Shown piece after piece: positions 14,286 to 30,130 of a stretch of DNA of 64,000 nt. Position 1 is the stretch's first letter. Every line of letters starts with the position of its first letter. The notes beneath the pieces were generated by a model. It saw nothing but the letters and a program-made list of their open reading frames with translations. It was not told where the DNA came from and did not search any database. Made by a program: the position numbers and the translations under genes. The stretch lies in the NCBI RefSeq assembly GCF_009914755.1, contig NC_060927.1. The stretch is one strand, 5' to 3'. The stretch is from the human T2T-CHM13v2.0 reference genome, Homo sapiens.

Positions 14286-15514
14286 CCATTTCTTCTTTTA
14301 TACTTCCCTTAGGACATCTCATTAAAGGTAGAGAGAGATAAAGCCACCATTTATGGAGTGTTCATTTGTTCTTTTTCTGCTTTTAAAATTTAGTCCCCAT
14401 AATTATCCTCTGAGGAAGTAGTAGTATTCTCAATTTAAATATGAAAAAATAAACTCATAGGGCTTAAGTTTTAACTAAACACGATTTATCCAAAAGAATT
14501 TTTCATGTCATTTGAACTGGGTCTTGCTTGAATCCAATTTCCTTGTTTATTCTCACTATGAAAGAATGTGTAGTTTATAATGCCAAGTGCAAACATGGAA
14601 CCTACTAGTTATTTTTTTTAACTATACAAAACACACTTTTCCTCTTCTACCTCTAATATTTGGGGACAAATGAATAATATTCATGGTAACTGCCTACAGG
14701 AATCAGCACAAAACTCCTTTTTAAGACTTATCAGAAGATTTGAAGATGGTGGCAGGCCAGCAAAATTTAGTTATTTTTAAATCTTGCCTCCGATTCTAAG
14801 AAATTGTCCACACCTTTGAAATCTTCAAGAAAAAGTGCTTTGAAGAATAGCAGTTTTTCTTTAATCATGGCAAGATTGTTATTTCTCCATCATCAGACCC
14901 CCTTCTAAAAAACGAAGAGGTTGAGAAATGGAATGATTCCCACAGTCTCGCACAGACTTGAGAATAATTGGTGAACTACCATAGCAGTGATATTTTCCTT
15001 TTTGCTAGCAAAGCTCTTCCAAGGCAGTAATTTACCTCTCCTCAGGAACATCAAAATCTTCAATTGAATAATGATGGATTTGAAAAATATGGGCCTGAAA
15101 GAGATCAGTGAGAATCAGTTTCTTGAAACCTGTAATCCCAGTTTACTGCTTACAAAGTGAAAGAACTGTAAGAGCAATGAAACCATTGGCTGCCACCCTA
15201 AGAGCCCTCTTCCTAACAAAAAAAAAAGTGGAGCTGAAATTCAGGCCTCCATTCAACACAAGAGACCTCTCTATCCATAAACTCCCTTCTGCTCTCTTTA
15301 TTCTAGTGGCAAATGTACCCTACACTTCTCCTTGCTAGTGGCCACTGCTTTAGGATTTCTGAAAATCACTTGCCTCTTCCATATAAGACACCCAGACCAT
15401 TGGATAAAGCAGTTTGTTTGTCAACTTTGCTTTGTTTAGTAATTATAAAAGCAGTATAAGTTCACTGTAGAAAATTTGAAAATATGGACAAAAACCTACA
15501 GGTTAAAAAATCGC

Positions 15515-16380
15515 CTATATGGTAAAAGTCAGAAGACTCTATATTGCCAAGCAAGTAAGAAGTGTAGGTGTTCCCAGACCAAACTGAGGGTCAGGCTGCT
15601 ATTCTAGTGGCCCAATAATGAGATGAAGATGAACTGGGGAGGAAGAGAGTTTTTATTTCTGCCACTGGTTACAGGGAGAAGGCCTGGGAATTATTGCCAG
15701 ACCAGCTGAAAATTACAAAGTTTTCAGGAGCTTATATACCTTCTAAGCTATATGTCTGTATGTGTAAGTGTGAATTTATCTAAAGACATAAGTGATTAAC
15801 TTCTTTTAGTCTATAACTAAACTCTGAGTCCAGAACACCTTCGTCTGGAGCCTCGGTAAATTTACTTAATCTAAATGGGTCCAGGTCCTGGGGTGATTAA
15901 CTTTATCTTGTCTCTTGCTAAATCACAGAGGTTTGGGGATTCCTTTAGACCCCCAATAAACTTATTTGTGGAGTCCTGGGGAGTTTCTTCAACCGCCCAA
16001 TAAAACTTGTTTCATCTTAAATGGGTCCTGTTAAGAATTCCTTCATTATTTTGTCATGCTTTAAGGCCCAGGAAAGGCCTAGACAAAACTCTTGTTTGGG
16101 CTTTTGTTACATTCCAGCTTTTGTATAAGGGCACTTGCTTTTAATATTTAACTTAACCACTGAGTCAGTACTGAAACAGTTGTTATGGAGGCAGGTGTTA
16201 GTAAGACCTGGCCTGCCACATAGGTGTTGGTATTGACTGAGGCACCAGGGAGCCTTCCAGATTGCAGATGTTTTATGTCTTGATCTGAGTGATGGTGACA
16301 TGAGGGTCACATAGTTAAGAAACGAATTAAGTGATATACTTTATGCACTTTACTGTAGGTATAATGTACCTTATTACAAA
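15515..16380 (+). mobile_element. L1ME-type 3' end split by the PABL_A-like LTR
   Basis: atatggtaaaagtcagaaga... before the LTR continues after it as ...ggagccttccagattgcagatgttttatgtcttgatctgagtgatggtgacatg...tatgcactttactgtagg. Confidence 0.6.
15569..16220 (-). mobile_element. ERV1 solo LTR, PABL_A-like, with 4-bp TSD
   Basis: The minus strand starts tgtggcaggccaggtcttactaac and ends ggtctgggaaca (TG...CA). TSD tagg at 15565-15568 and 16221-16224. TATA (tatataag) and aataaa are on the minus strand. Family name from recalled consensus. Confidence 0.8.
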
Positions 16381-16944
16381 GGAAAACATTTAAAATAACC
16401 AATTACTCCAAAACCCAGAATTGTCTTTACATCTGGGAATGTTTTCTTTATAAATGTATGCATATATATGTAAACATGTTCAATTATATCATATATACAT
16501 GTATGAGGGTATATACAATATGCACTTATGCACTGGTTTGGGGTTCTTTTATCTTTACTTAAAATATGTCCCTCTATTTAATAAATTTCAACTTACCAAT
16601 ATTCATAGATAAAACAAAGCTGTGTGGAGAACATAGCTCCCTACCAACAGATGCTATTAGCTCTCTTGCTCTGTAATTCTCTTATCGGCTGCAGCCTTTT
16701 AAAAAAAAAATTAGTCTACAATAATTTTACTATGGTTATTTTTGAGGTATTACATAAAATTTATTACTTCACTTTCTTCACTAATTCAAAAGTCACTGAG
16801 AGTGTAGAAATTGTCAACAGGAAAAGGCAAATGACGAGAGTGAGAGCAGAAGTAGAGACGCATGTCAGAGCGGGTCTGGGTGCAGGCAGAGACAGCAGCA
16901 GACTTTGCTTTTACAAGACTTGGAATTGGGGCTCAAGCCAAGTT

Positions 16945-17415
16945 TAACCTCATTTCCCAGTGCAGGTGATCTCTGAATTGCATAAACAATTAACTTTCTT
17001 GGACTTTTGTGCAAGTGGTTTATTAAAGAAACTCTCAGAAAAATCACCAGTAAGAGCAGGGGGACAACAGGACAGGGAAGGCGAAGAGTCTAAGGAAGGA
17101 TGTGATTTCAGGCAAAGCCCCAGCCTCCCCGTGATCCCACAGGAACCATGGAGTCAAAATGCCACCTCAGAGACGTCTGGCACTCCCACAGCCAGCCGGG
17201 CATTCACACTCCTACAGGAGTCTGTCCTGGAGTGAGGGTTGGGAGGTCATCCTCTCCCAGGTGCTTCCAGTTCTCCATGCAATGCAGAGAAGTAGTAACA
17301 GTAGCCTGAGGGTAGCCCTTTGAATGAAGTTGTAGGAGCAACCCACAGAAAGCAAAACACACAGAAGCTGGGGTAAAAGGCATTCTCGTGGGTCTGGGTG
17401 GAGTGGCCATACCAC
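16945..17415 (-). mobile_element. LTR16-like ERVL LTR
   Basis: tgtgcaagtggtttattaaagaa (minus-strand aataaa) plus a GC-richer body with gatgtgatttcaggcaaagccccagcc...gatcccacagg typical of LTR16. Confidence 0.55.
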
Positions 17416-18591
17416 TTCCCTGTCTTAACTCTGGGTCGTGGCTAGCCCCAGGTGACTGGAAACCTACACTTCAGTGACCACAGCTACCTCTTTTGTAATG
17501 TCGTTTTCAGTGACAAAGTAAACATCATTATGTCCATTAATGAGTTTTCTTTCAAGTTGAGGGCATTCTGGTGTTCTTTTAAACCTTAGTCTCTCATAGG
17601 ACAACCTGGAAGAATCTTGAGATACAAGTTTTATTATCCTCACTTTAAAGCTGAAAGAAACTAAAATTCATATATGATTAGCCCAGATCTCCACAAAGTC
17701 CATGCTTTTTTCTTTACTGTGTTCCCAATTTGTGTGTTAAAAAGAGTCCTCTAAAATGCCTGGGGATAATACCTACATAGTGCCCGCTGTGTTCTCCTCC
17801 TGGCAGCACCATACATGAGACTGTGATATGCACGGAGCTTCCTGGAGGTGTGTAACGCCACATGTTTGTATTCTACTTTCAGACTGCCAGCATCAGTATA
17901 ACGTTTCCTTCGAGAAAAGGAGGAAAAACTTTTGATTCTCAGGCATTTCAATTTTTTTCCATTTTTGCAGATACATATTTCCTATTTCTCAATTTAAAAT
18001 AAAACTCGGTCCTCCCACTACTCAAACATTCTGTTATGGTCTCCTAAAAGTACTGTGTTCTTGTTTCAAAATCATTGCATCTTCTCCGACTCTCCTCCAG
18101 GAAGATATTTTGTATTTTATGAAGGCATATTTTTAAAGCACTGCTGATCGTTTTTATATATTTTGAATATATATTTCAAAACTGCAAACTTTTGCCCTTA
18201 AAATATTCATATACCTCTTTTCCCAGTATTTCTAAGAATTTTTGAAGGACAGCTCCTGTTTTTTATGTCATACCCCAGCACGTATCTCTAAGAGCACCTT
18301 TATAATTGCTTTGTTGCAATCGTGGTGATAGAAAACTAGGAATTATGATAATGCATTTATATATTAATAAAAATAAATCTGGGAATTTTGGAGATGTCTT
18401 CAGAAAGCACATTGACATGTTGCTGGGCACTCAAAGCTCCATTCCTTCAACACAGGAGAAACCCTTTCAAGTCACAGCTCTGCCAGTATGTGACAACTTT
18501 TGACAGTAACTTATGTTTCTATATTTCAGTTTCCTTATCTGACAAATGGGGAAAGAATGCCTACTTTGCAGGGTTCCTGAAAGAGCCAAAT

Positions 18592-19305
18592 GTTATTATT
18601 AACAGTAAAAAAAAAAAAAAAAAAAAAAAAAGAGCATGCTGGCAAGGCTGAGGAGAAAAGGGAATTCTTACTCATTGTTGAGAGGAATGTTAATTAGTTA
18701 AACCCCTAAGGAAAGCAGTTTGGAGATTTCTTTAAAAATTTTAAACAGAACTACTGTTCAATCCAGCGATGCCATTACTTGGTATATACCAAAGAAAATT
18801 AATTGTTCTATCAAAAACACACAGGCACTCATATGTTCATTGAAGCACTATTCACAATAGCAAATATATGAAATCAACCCAGGTGCCCATCAATGGTGGA
18901 TGGGATAAAGAAAATGTGGTACGTTTACACCATAAAATTCTATACAGCCATAAAGAATGAAATCATGTCCTTTGATGCAATAGGAATGCAGCTGAAGGCC
19001 ATTATAGTAAGCTAATGAACACAGGAACAGAAAATCAAGTACTGCATGTTCTCACTTATAAGTAGGAGGGAAGCACTGGGTATACAAGAACATAAAAGAT
19101 GGGAAGAGTAGGCACTGGAGACCACTAGAAGATTTAGAGTGCGAGGTGGGCAAGGGCTGAAAAACTACCTATTGGGTACTATGCTTGGTACCTGGGTGGT
19201 GGGATCATTAATTCATACCCCAAACCTCAGCACTGCACAATATACCCATGTGACAAACCTGCATATGCACCCCCTGAATCTAAAATAAAAGTTGAAGTTA
19301 TAAAA
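18592..19305 (+). mobile_element. 5'-truncated LINE-1 3' end, L1PB4/L1PA17-type
   Basis: ORF2 C-terminal DNA (atgctggcaaggctgaggagaaaaggg...aaagaaaatgtggtac) and 3' UTR ctgaaaaactacctattgggtactatgc...caaacctcagc...ctgaatctaaaataaaagttgaa. An internal A-tract is expanded to about 25 A at 18607-18631. Confidence 0.85.
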
Positions 19306-19749
19306 ATGTATAACAATTATTGTCATATATGATTCTAGCAAGCATATTAAAGCTTGAAAGAAAATCATTTATGGTGAGTAAAATCAATGTTTACTGTTAG
19401 AGATAAGATATAGGAAAACTTTTATTATATTGAATTTGTAACAATATAATTATATGGCAATTCTTAAAAAATGATAACTATTCTTTGTAATTCTTATATA
19501 TTTTGTCTTGTGATTGTTTTACCACAATGACTGGGAGCTGAAATAAAATACTGTACAGAAATGGTTCTCAAACACACACACGAAAAAAGAAAAAAAAAAA
19601 TGTGATCTCGTTTGTGAAAGCATTTTGTTAAACTGTAACTCACTGGCCACATTTAGAATAGTCATTACCGCCATATGTATGTATGTTTGCATGTGTTGTA
19701 CATGTTTATATATGGAATAATACATGGAAAGCAGTTTGCATCAGGAAGT

Positions 19750-19900
19750 GGGGAACTGTTCTACTGCCAGCTCTACTCCTAACAAGCTGCTTGCTATGGA
19801 CTTCAATGAGCCCTTTTTTTAATTTGTGGGTCTCGGCTTCCTTATCTGTACTATGAGATGGTTGGATTAGCTTAAAGTTCCTTCACAAACTAAAAATTTT
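19750..19900 (+). mobile_element. MIR SINE fragment
   Basis: gttctactgccagctctactcctaacaagctg...gggtctcggcttccttatctgtactatgagatggttggattag. Confidence 0.6.
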
Positions 19901-20585
19901 TACTAATGTGTCCATAAATTCAAGTGTTGATTTTCTTTTAATTCTACCTCTTCTTTATTTCAAAATAAATGATTAGATAATAAATATGTCTAAATAAAAT
20001 TTCTGCTTCTGTATTGTATGGTTAAGAATCATTGAAAATAGATACATGTCCCCCCAAATAACCAGAGTAGTCCCAGATGAGGTGATTTCAACATATTAAG
20101 ATCTGGGACAGTGTTGTTATAGCAGATATTACCAAAAAAAAAAAAAAAAAAGGAATTCAATAGAGTAGGCTTGATAAGATGCATCATTGCCACTGGCAAT
20201 TTCCCATTATTGATTCAAGGAAAGAGTTCCACATGGACATCAACACATTGAACATTAGCTACATTCATTTTTTTTTTTTTCTCAACAAGAAATACTTTAC
20301 AGGGACTTACAAACAGAAGCAATGTCCTGGGCAATCAGGAGGTGGTGGATCCCTGCACCTACCCTCCAGAAAGTACTCTTTATAGAACAAGCATTTACGG
20401 TAAAACTGGTGCAGCTGCTTATATCTTCGGACCTTTTTTTTTTTTTGCCACGATATGTGACCACTATGTGGATTAGATCAGCAGCTTTATGACGAGTAAT
20501 GTATGCTCCAGGCATTGACAACCTCGCTGCAGAACACTTTGGTAGGTGGGGGTTAAATGCCCATCATCAGGGCGGTGTCCCTTCA

Positions 20586-23046
<2,461 letters not shown>

Positions 23047-23249
23047 TGAGCTTACATGTGTATGCCCAAGGCACGAAATAATTCATGGCAGGCCAGATAC
23101 TTATTTATTGGACATTTATATTTACTTTATTGTCCACTCTCTATATTTTGCTCCTTGTGGACTAGCACTCTCATATCTACCAAAAATGTTTATTTAGTGC
23201 CTACTAAGGCTGTATATATAAGTTAACTTATTTAATCTGTACAATAAAA

Positions 23250-23750
23250 ATTCTGGGTGGATATAACAGAATTTTGTTCAATTATAGAGAACCCAAAGTA
23301 GCTTAAAGAAGGCAGAACTTTCTCACAGAAAAAAAAATATATGTATATATGAAGAAGGCAATTAAACATGCACAGAAGCTCTCTTATACCCAGAAATCTG
23401 GGATCATTGTATCTTTCTGCCTTACCATTCTAGTGTATAACTTCTATTTTTAAGATCACCTTCTGGTTTAGTATGGCTGCTGGAGTTCCAGCTATCATAT
23501 TTATATTCCAGGCTGAAGGAGAGAAAGAATAAGGTAAAGGAGATAAACCTCTGAACTGAGTCAGAAACTTTTAAAGAACCGTTCCAGAAGTCAAAAAGAC
23601 AAGTACTTAGGCTAACATTTCATAGACCAGAACTTAGTCCCAGGAAGACAGAGAAAAAAAAAAAAAAAAACTCTGAAGACAATGCCCTCATCTTAAAATG
23701 GAAAGTTCATAGCTAAGGAAAGGGAGAATGTTGATTAATAGGCAAATAAC
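23250..23750 (-). mobile_element. MLT1J/K-like MaLR LTR
   Basis: atggctgctggagttccagctatcatatttatattccaggc, catttcatagaccagaacttagtc and aaggaaagggagaatg motifs. Confidence 0.65.
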
Positions 23751-24000
23751 ATAGGTGTGATCATGCTACAGATGCAGACATTAAGGCTCAGTGGTTAATT
23801 TATGCAATTATGAGATATTGTGGCAAGTAATCTACCTAATTCCAAAGCCAACATGACTTTCACAATGTAACGCTGTCATCAGTGTTATCCTGCAGGGGGT
23901 TGCCATGTATAAATACTGAAAACCATTTGTGAAATGAGGTAGCAAATGAGCACCCTGAACCATCAGCATAATAAAATGGTAAAGAGCATGGACTCTAGCT

Positions 24001-24138
24001 CAGCCTTTCTCAACTTTGATGTACACATGATTACCCCGCTCATATAAAGGAAGATTACAATTCAGTAGAAATGGCATGGGCTCTGACAGCCTGCATTTCT
24101 TTGCTGCCTTCCATGGACCACACTTTGAGAAACAAAGG
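24001..24138. mobile_element. MER5A-like hAT-Charlie element inside a MIR
   Basis: cagcctttctcaactttgatgtacac...ctgcatttct...catggaccacactttgagaaacaaagg, flanked by ctctagct and gtctagac (hAT NTCTAGAN-type target). The MIR head (aaagagcatggactctag) precedes it and the MIR body resumes at about 24490. Confidence 0.7.
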
Positions 24139-24145
24139 TCTAGAC

Positions 24146-24464
24146 TTGCATTGTTTAACATGATATCCACTTATCACATGTGGCTACTGAATACTTGAAA
24201 TGTGGCTGGTCTGAATTGAGATGCGCTATGCTGAAACTGCACAATACACACTGGATTTTGAAGGTTTAATATGAAAAACACTCAAAATATATCATTAACT
24301 TTTTATAGATTTTATATCGAAATTATAATGTTTTGCTTATATTGGGATGAACAAGATATACCATTAAAATTAAATTAATTTAACTTTTCACTTTTTAAAT
24401 GTGGCTACTAGAAAAGGTAAAATTATATATGTGGCTCATGTTATATTTGTATTGAACAGTGCTG
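24146..24464. mobile_element. MER33 hAT-Charlie element
   Basis: cacatgtggctactgaatacttgaaatgtggctggtctgaattgagatg...ttaaatgtggctactagaaaa...gtggctcatgttatatttgtattgaacagtgctg. Confidence 0.8.
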
Positions 24465-27182
24465 ATCACATTGAGTGATGCTACTTATTTCAAATTCTGA
24501 ATTCTGTGACCTACTAACAGGAAGACTATGATCAAGTTACTAAACATCACTAATTTCAGTTTTCTCTTGTAAACTGAGATTAATAATAGTGTTTGCTTCA
24601 GAGGTTTACTGTGATGATTAAATAAGAGAATCAAATAAGGCTGTTAACATACATTTACTCTTTGAAACTGAACTACATAGCATTAAAATTTCAACAAGGA
24701 CCACTGAACAACAAAAAAAATCCTTTAATACTTCATATTTTAAAAATATGCCGAACATGATATTTAGGTACTTTAATAATCTTTGCCACCAATTACTTTA
24801 AAGTTTATTTGTCACACATATCACATAAACTACCAAGCTCATTGTACTTATTTTCTAAATTCAATAAAATTGATGACGTAGCCAGTGAGCACAAAGATAT
24901 GAAGTTGTAATAAGTTATCAGTGCTGCACACAACTACAGCACCAATCTAGACTAATGATCAGTTGAGTCATGTCACCTTTGCTTGGACAGAACTACATTT
25001 TGCTATAAGTCGCCAAAACAATTTTTATACAAAAAAAAATGCAAAACCCTAATCTCTTCCAAGCTTTATGCTTTCACCACTCTACCTCTTCCCAGAATAC
25101 ACAGGTTCTAAGTGAATCCACCAGAAGTCAGTTTGTTGAGTGGGCAACATGCCTAAAGCCAATTAGTTGAAAGTCTAATTCACCAAATGACTGATTCATC
25201 AAATTTACTTATACCTTTCTACTACATAGTTGTGGCTCATGAATTTTTATTTTGCCCTAATTATAGCACTTTAAGGAATGTTTGGTTTGTTTCTGTGACA
25301 GTCCGCACTGTTCCAGCTGGAGCTATAGAACAAAGAAAAGAGGAGGCTGAGGAAAGAGAGAGCAGAGAAAGGGGAATTGAAAAATAGGTGAGCTGAGAAA
25401 CGGATGAGCTTCAGGGTAGAAGAGACAGATACTACAGAGGGTATGAAAGATATAATTGTAAGACTATATTCTCAAACACAGAGCATTCTTTTGAATTTAT
25501 TGTTTTTAGAATATATTATTAATCCTGCAAGTGGACAATTGTTACAGTTCTTGATATCCAAGAAAAATAGTGCAAAATGTAAATTCATTGAATATATGTG
25601 AAGAATTCTTATCAACACAATCGCATCATGCAAAATAGTATATTCATAGCATATTTATTGCATTTTTATATTCCATGATTATTCAGGTGAAATATCTTCT
25701 TAAGTCCCAACTCTCTTGTGTCTTTGCCTCTCATCCTGTCATTCTCCAGCTGCTAATAGCAGGAAGCAGTGGCAGACATATTGAAGATCCCTTAGCAGCT
25801 TGTCATGAAAGGGAAAGTAAAATGTTGTCCATCAAAAATAGTTTTTGAAAATGGGAGTTTGGTAAATTGACCAATAAACACATTTGCCTTCGGCAAGATA
25901 GTAACTCAGTTAATTGATATCTGGAAATTGGCCTGCTTCTGGATTTGCAAAAAGAGATAATAATGGATGAGTTAAGAGGAAAGCTAAAAAAAACTGGAGA
26001 CAATGTTACATATTCTTCCATCTACTTTCATAAGGTAAAGGCTTAGGCAAACAATTTTCAGGTATATACCTTTTGTATTTTAAGTGTCCATGCCATTGTA
26101 CAGGATCTAATACAGTGTCAACAAATATTTCACCCTCTATCATCTTGACCCCGGCTTTCTTTCTCATTCGCCCATCACTTAACCACACTACTCCTTCCTG
26201 CTTTTATGCACTCCTTAGTCTTTATACTTTTTTCCCTATGTGATTAATAAAAAATATAATTGCCATCATAAGTCTCCCAACTGTATCAGCACATAAGTGT
26301 GAAGAGATGTTCTTTCCTAAAAATTCATCAGAAAAAATAAGAAAACATATAATTCAACGACCAGCAAGACATGCCTAGACCCAGACTGAAGATCATATAA
26401 CTAAAGCATGTGTCAGTGAGAAAGAGCACTGAGTGAACTGAAAGGAAATATTGATGATGCTGACCTTGGATCAAGGGTGCCCTTCCACTGTCTCCATCTG
26501 TGTGGTCCTGGAGGCAGGTCTAATTATCTTGTGCAGATGAAAGAATTAGGATGTCATAACCTGACTCATGGAAAATCTGCATACTAGATTTGATTGCTTC
26601 TGCTCTTCTATGTTTATACAACAAAGTTACTAAATGTAATTTGGCTAATATAATTTTTGTCTTATGTAAGTTATATAAGCCTCTTAACAATATGTCTCTT
26701 TCTACAAATTCTGTTTTATAATCATTCTCAGAACAACCACAGCTACCATTTTTACTTCATCTTGCCTCTATATGTGTTTGTGTATATATTAGACTATTTT
26801 GCCTTTAAACTATGTTATAAGGTAGATATCTTCATTTCTCATAATCAAATCTCAACCTGCAAATAATACACTTAGGATATCTCAGCTGAACTAAAACTTT
26901 GGACCAGCCTGTTTCACTCCAAAGCCTTTGGGGCTCAAGCTTCGCATGGTACAATCCTCTGAGTCTGAGTCACTGGTGAGTCACTTTTGGAAGTTGACAA
27001 GACCAGGTAGCTGAGCCAGATTCTGAATTATGAAAAATCCAGGCTTCGTCAAACAGTCTTTCCTGGGCATAATAGAGCAATGTGTCATAATCACATCAAC
27101 TGCATGTACCTTCTTGTGTTTCGTATCATTTTGAAAGACAAATTATCGTATAAGAATCATATCCATGTGCTTAATATTTTTG

Positions 27183-27188
27183 ATATAC

Positions 27189-27219
<31 letters not shown>
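27183..27219. repeat. Compound (TA)n(GA)n microsatellite
   Basis: Seen directly. Confidence 0.9.
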
Positions 27220-27220
<1 letters not shown>

Positions 27221-29264
27221 GGAAAAAAAAGCCTGATATCACTTTTTATCCACAGGATACCTACTAACTTCTCAAAAAGCGACAGCAGTCTTACCTAAAC
27301 ATGAAAGATATGCTAATAAAGTGACCTAGACCCTGGAGAAAAAACGGGGGAGAGTCAGCAACTGATTTTGCCTGAGGGCAAGAGATTATGTCCTGCCCCC
27401 AAACAAAATAAATAAATAAAGCCAACCCAAAACTGACAAGCAGAAAAGCCAGAATGAAGACAAGGATTCTAAAGTAGACCGAAGTAAACATCAAGATGAC
27501 AGTCAAATGCAAAAATAAAACAAAGCAAGACTAGAGTCAGACCAGAAATAGATGTAGGATTAAAACATGAGAACAATCTTAATTTTTTTTCAACTATAAA
27601 GGCTTCCTTTTTTTTCCCTAATATCATAAATCACCATCTCTCACAATTAGTGAATCATTAAGCCAATAGTTGAACCTCTTGGGTGGGAGATTAGGAAGCA
27701 AGGAAGACAGATAAAGGGCCGACTTCTTTCTCAGTGAAGAGAGAGAAGGCTTCACAATAGAAACCTTGATAGGTACATATGATAATTCTCAGAATATTTA
27801 GTTTATCAAAACATCCTGTTCTTTGGTAAAATAGGGCTTTCCTGACAGAAATATTCCTGACCTTGGGAAAGTATTTATGATTGTTATGTACAAAAGGATG
27901 TGTTTTTGTGTTTGCATCTGTGAAATGAGAGCAATGAATGATGCTAGGAAATTGTGGGAACACAATTCATTTGTGGGAGCGCTTCCGATATTTTAAACAG
28001 CTCAAGTTGGCATTAGAGGGTAACATGAGAATTTACCTTAAAACCACTTAAGTCTTAACAAAAGAAGAATAACAATTAATATAGGAAAAGGAATTTTTTT
28101 GGAACACAGGAAACTGAGTCAGAGAAAAATCCGGGCCTCAGCTTCCAGGTCCCAATTTTGGTATGAATGAGGTCATTAGGAAGCAAAGGCACTATGAATG
28201 GCAAACTTTCACTTGAAATAAAGGTAGTAATGGGATGGGGGAATGCAGCCCTGCATATTTCAACTAACAATCCACTGGTTCTTAACAACTTTAAAATAAA
28301 ATAAAATAAAAATAAGCTAGCAAAATATTCAATAAACTAAGTCATGTAAGGGCATGGTCTTAAACTACAGTAGGATCAAAATAATCCTCCAAACATTCTT
28401 TGGGCAGGAAATGAAGAAACAAATGCATGAAAGCAGATATGATTTGGGGACTTACAAGATCAGATTTATAAGTGCATCACAAGATGTGAACCTTTCTGGA
28501 TATGTACTGACTGTGACTCAATTCTATTTAATTGAAAATGGGAAGTTAAATTTTAATGTGCATTTGATAGTATAAACCACAAACCCTTGGCACAGAAAAA
28601 TTCTTACCTGGTGCCGTAGGAGGGTGGTTAGGTCAGTAGAAAAAAAAAATGGCAATTTCTTTATAATGATTTTGTTTTATACTTAAGTTACCTGAAATAT
28701 ATTATTTCTGTATTGAGCCAATAGGTATTGAGCCAATTATCATTCATAATTATCATTCATTTTTTGGTAACTATAAGTGCTTTTGTTGTTGGTAGTATAA
28801 GAGGGCATTGGCCTCTTTGCTGTCTCATAACCAGGTTGCAATAAAAGTGAGTCTAAGACCAAATTCTGTCACTATGCAAACATTTGTTACCAAATAGGTA
28901 TAATGAAAGCTTATAGCCTGGTGAGTAAACTTGAGAAGTGACAGCTCTATGTTCTCTTAAGTGCTCTGAGGGCACACACAGAAAAGGTCCACTCAGGGTA
29001 AATGCAACAATGTTTTCCTGGCAGGAGCCAGCCAACCTTCTAGTGGCAGTCAGACAATAAAGAGTCCCAGGAAGCTAAGGCTGTACATGCACCATTTTGG
29101 AATCTAAATCTAATGTTCCACTCCGAAGCCTACCATCTATGTTTATTAGATGCTTGTACTCTATTCATAAGGTGTAGAATAAAGCCAACTAATGCAAAAT
29201 TATTTATACCATACCATCTCTTTTGAAGTTTTTAAAAATGGCATAAACTTTTAAAGTTACAAAC

Positions 29265-29634
29265 AACCCAGGAAACAACCCAAACGTCCAACAACAAGAA
29301 AACAGAAAAATAAATATAATATATTGGCATAAAGGAATATCTCAGGAATAAAAAGAAATAAGTGGCCTGACCTGAGATCTACATCTGCAACAACATGGAT
29401 GAATCACACACACATTATATTGAGCTTGAAAATCCAGAAAAAAAGAGTACTTACTGTTTGATTCTACCTATATGAAAGTTCAAGAATAGGCAGACTCATT
29501 TATGGAATAAAAATCAGAATAGTGGTCGACTATGGAGGTGGGGGCATAGACTGGAAAGACATTCAAGGGAACATTCTAGGGTGATGGTAATGCTCTATAT
29601 CTTAACTGGGGTGTTACTCTTCAAATTATATATA

Positions 29635-29665
<31 letters not shown>

Positions 29666-29790
29666 TATACACAACACATATACACATGTATGTGTATATA
29701 TTTATATATCTTATTAGTACATACGCTAATCACACTCAACTCTTAAGAATATTGTATGCAATTACATCTTGTTTAAAAATTACTACCAAA
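29265..29790 (+). mobile_element. L1ME-type 3' end containing a (TA)n/(CA)n microsatellite
   Basis: ggaaacaacccaaacgtcca...caacatggatgaatcacaca...tatgaaagttcaagaataggca...agggaacattctagggtgatggtaatgctctatatctt. The microsatellite spans about 29627-29710. Confidence 0.75.
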
Positions 29791-29904
29791 ATAACACATA
29801 TCTACTCCCTAAAGTAAAGTCTCAAGATAGCTCAGAGGTTCCAGTGCTATTAAGAAAGAGAGTGTTCATTTGGTCCCTGGGAAATGATAGTAAAAGTTCC
29901 CATC

Positions 29905-30130
29905 CTTTTATAAGCAGTTCTAATGTGTCAGGCACTATGTTAGTTAATTGCTTTTCATAATTCACATCACTGAATTCTATCAACAACTCTATGAAGATTG
30001 AATTATCATTATTCTGATTTTATCACTGATGATGCTGATGCCAGAGAGATTGGTTGTTTTGTCCAGTATCACTGTCTAGTAGTTACAGTGTTGGTCATCA
30101 GGCCTGGTGTCTTTGTTGAACTCCAGAGTT
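29905..30130 (-). mobile_element. MIR SINE fragment
   Basis: taatgtgtcaggcactatgtt...caacaactctatgaag...attattctgattttatcactgatgatgctgatgccagagag. Confidence 0.6.

Noticed and set aside
18607-18631. A25 tract as the tail of a separate retroposon
   Set aside because: It sits at the position of the internal L1 A-rich motif (attattaaaaagtcaaaaaa...gatgctgg), so it is an expansion within the L1.
28595-28615. Minus-strand splice donor (cttacctg); similar sites near 1403 and 27290
   Set aside because: No matching acceptor or reading frame could be paired with them, and such motifs are frequent by chance.
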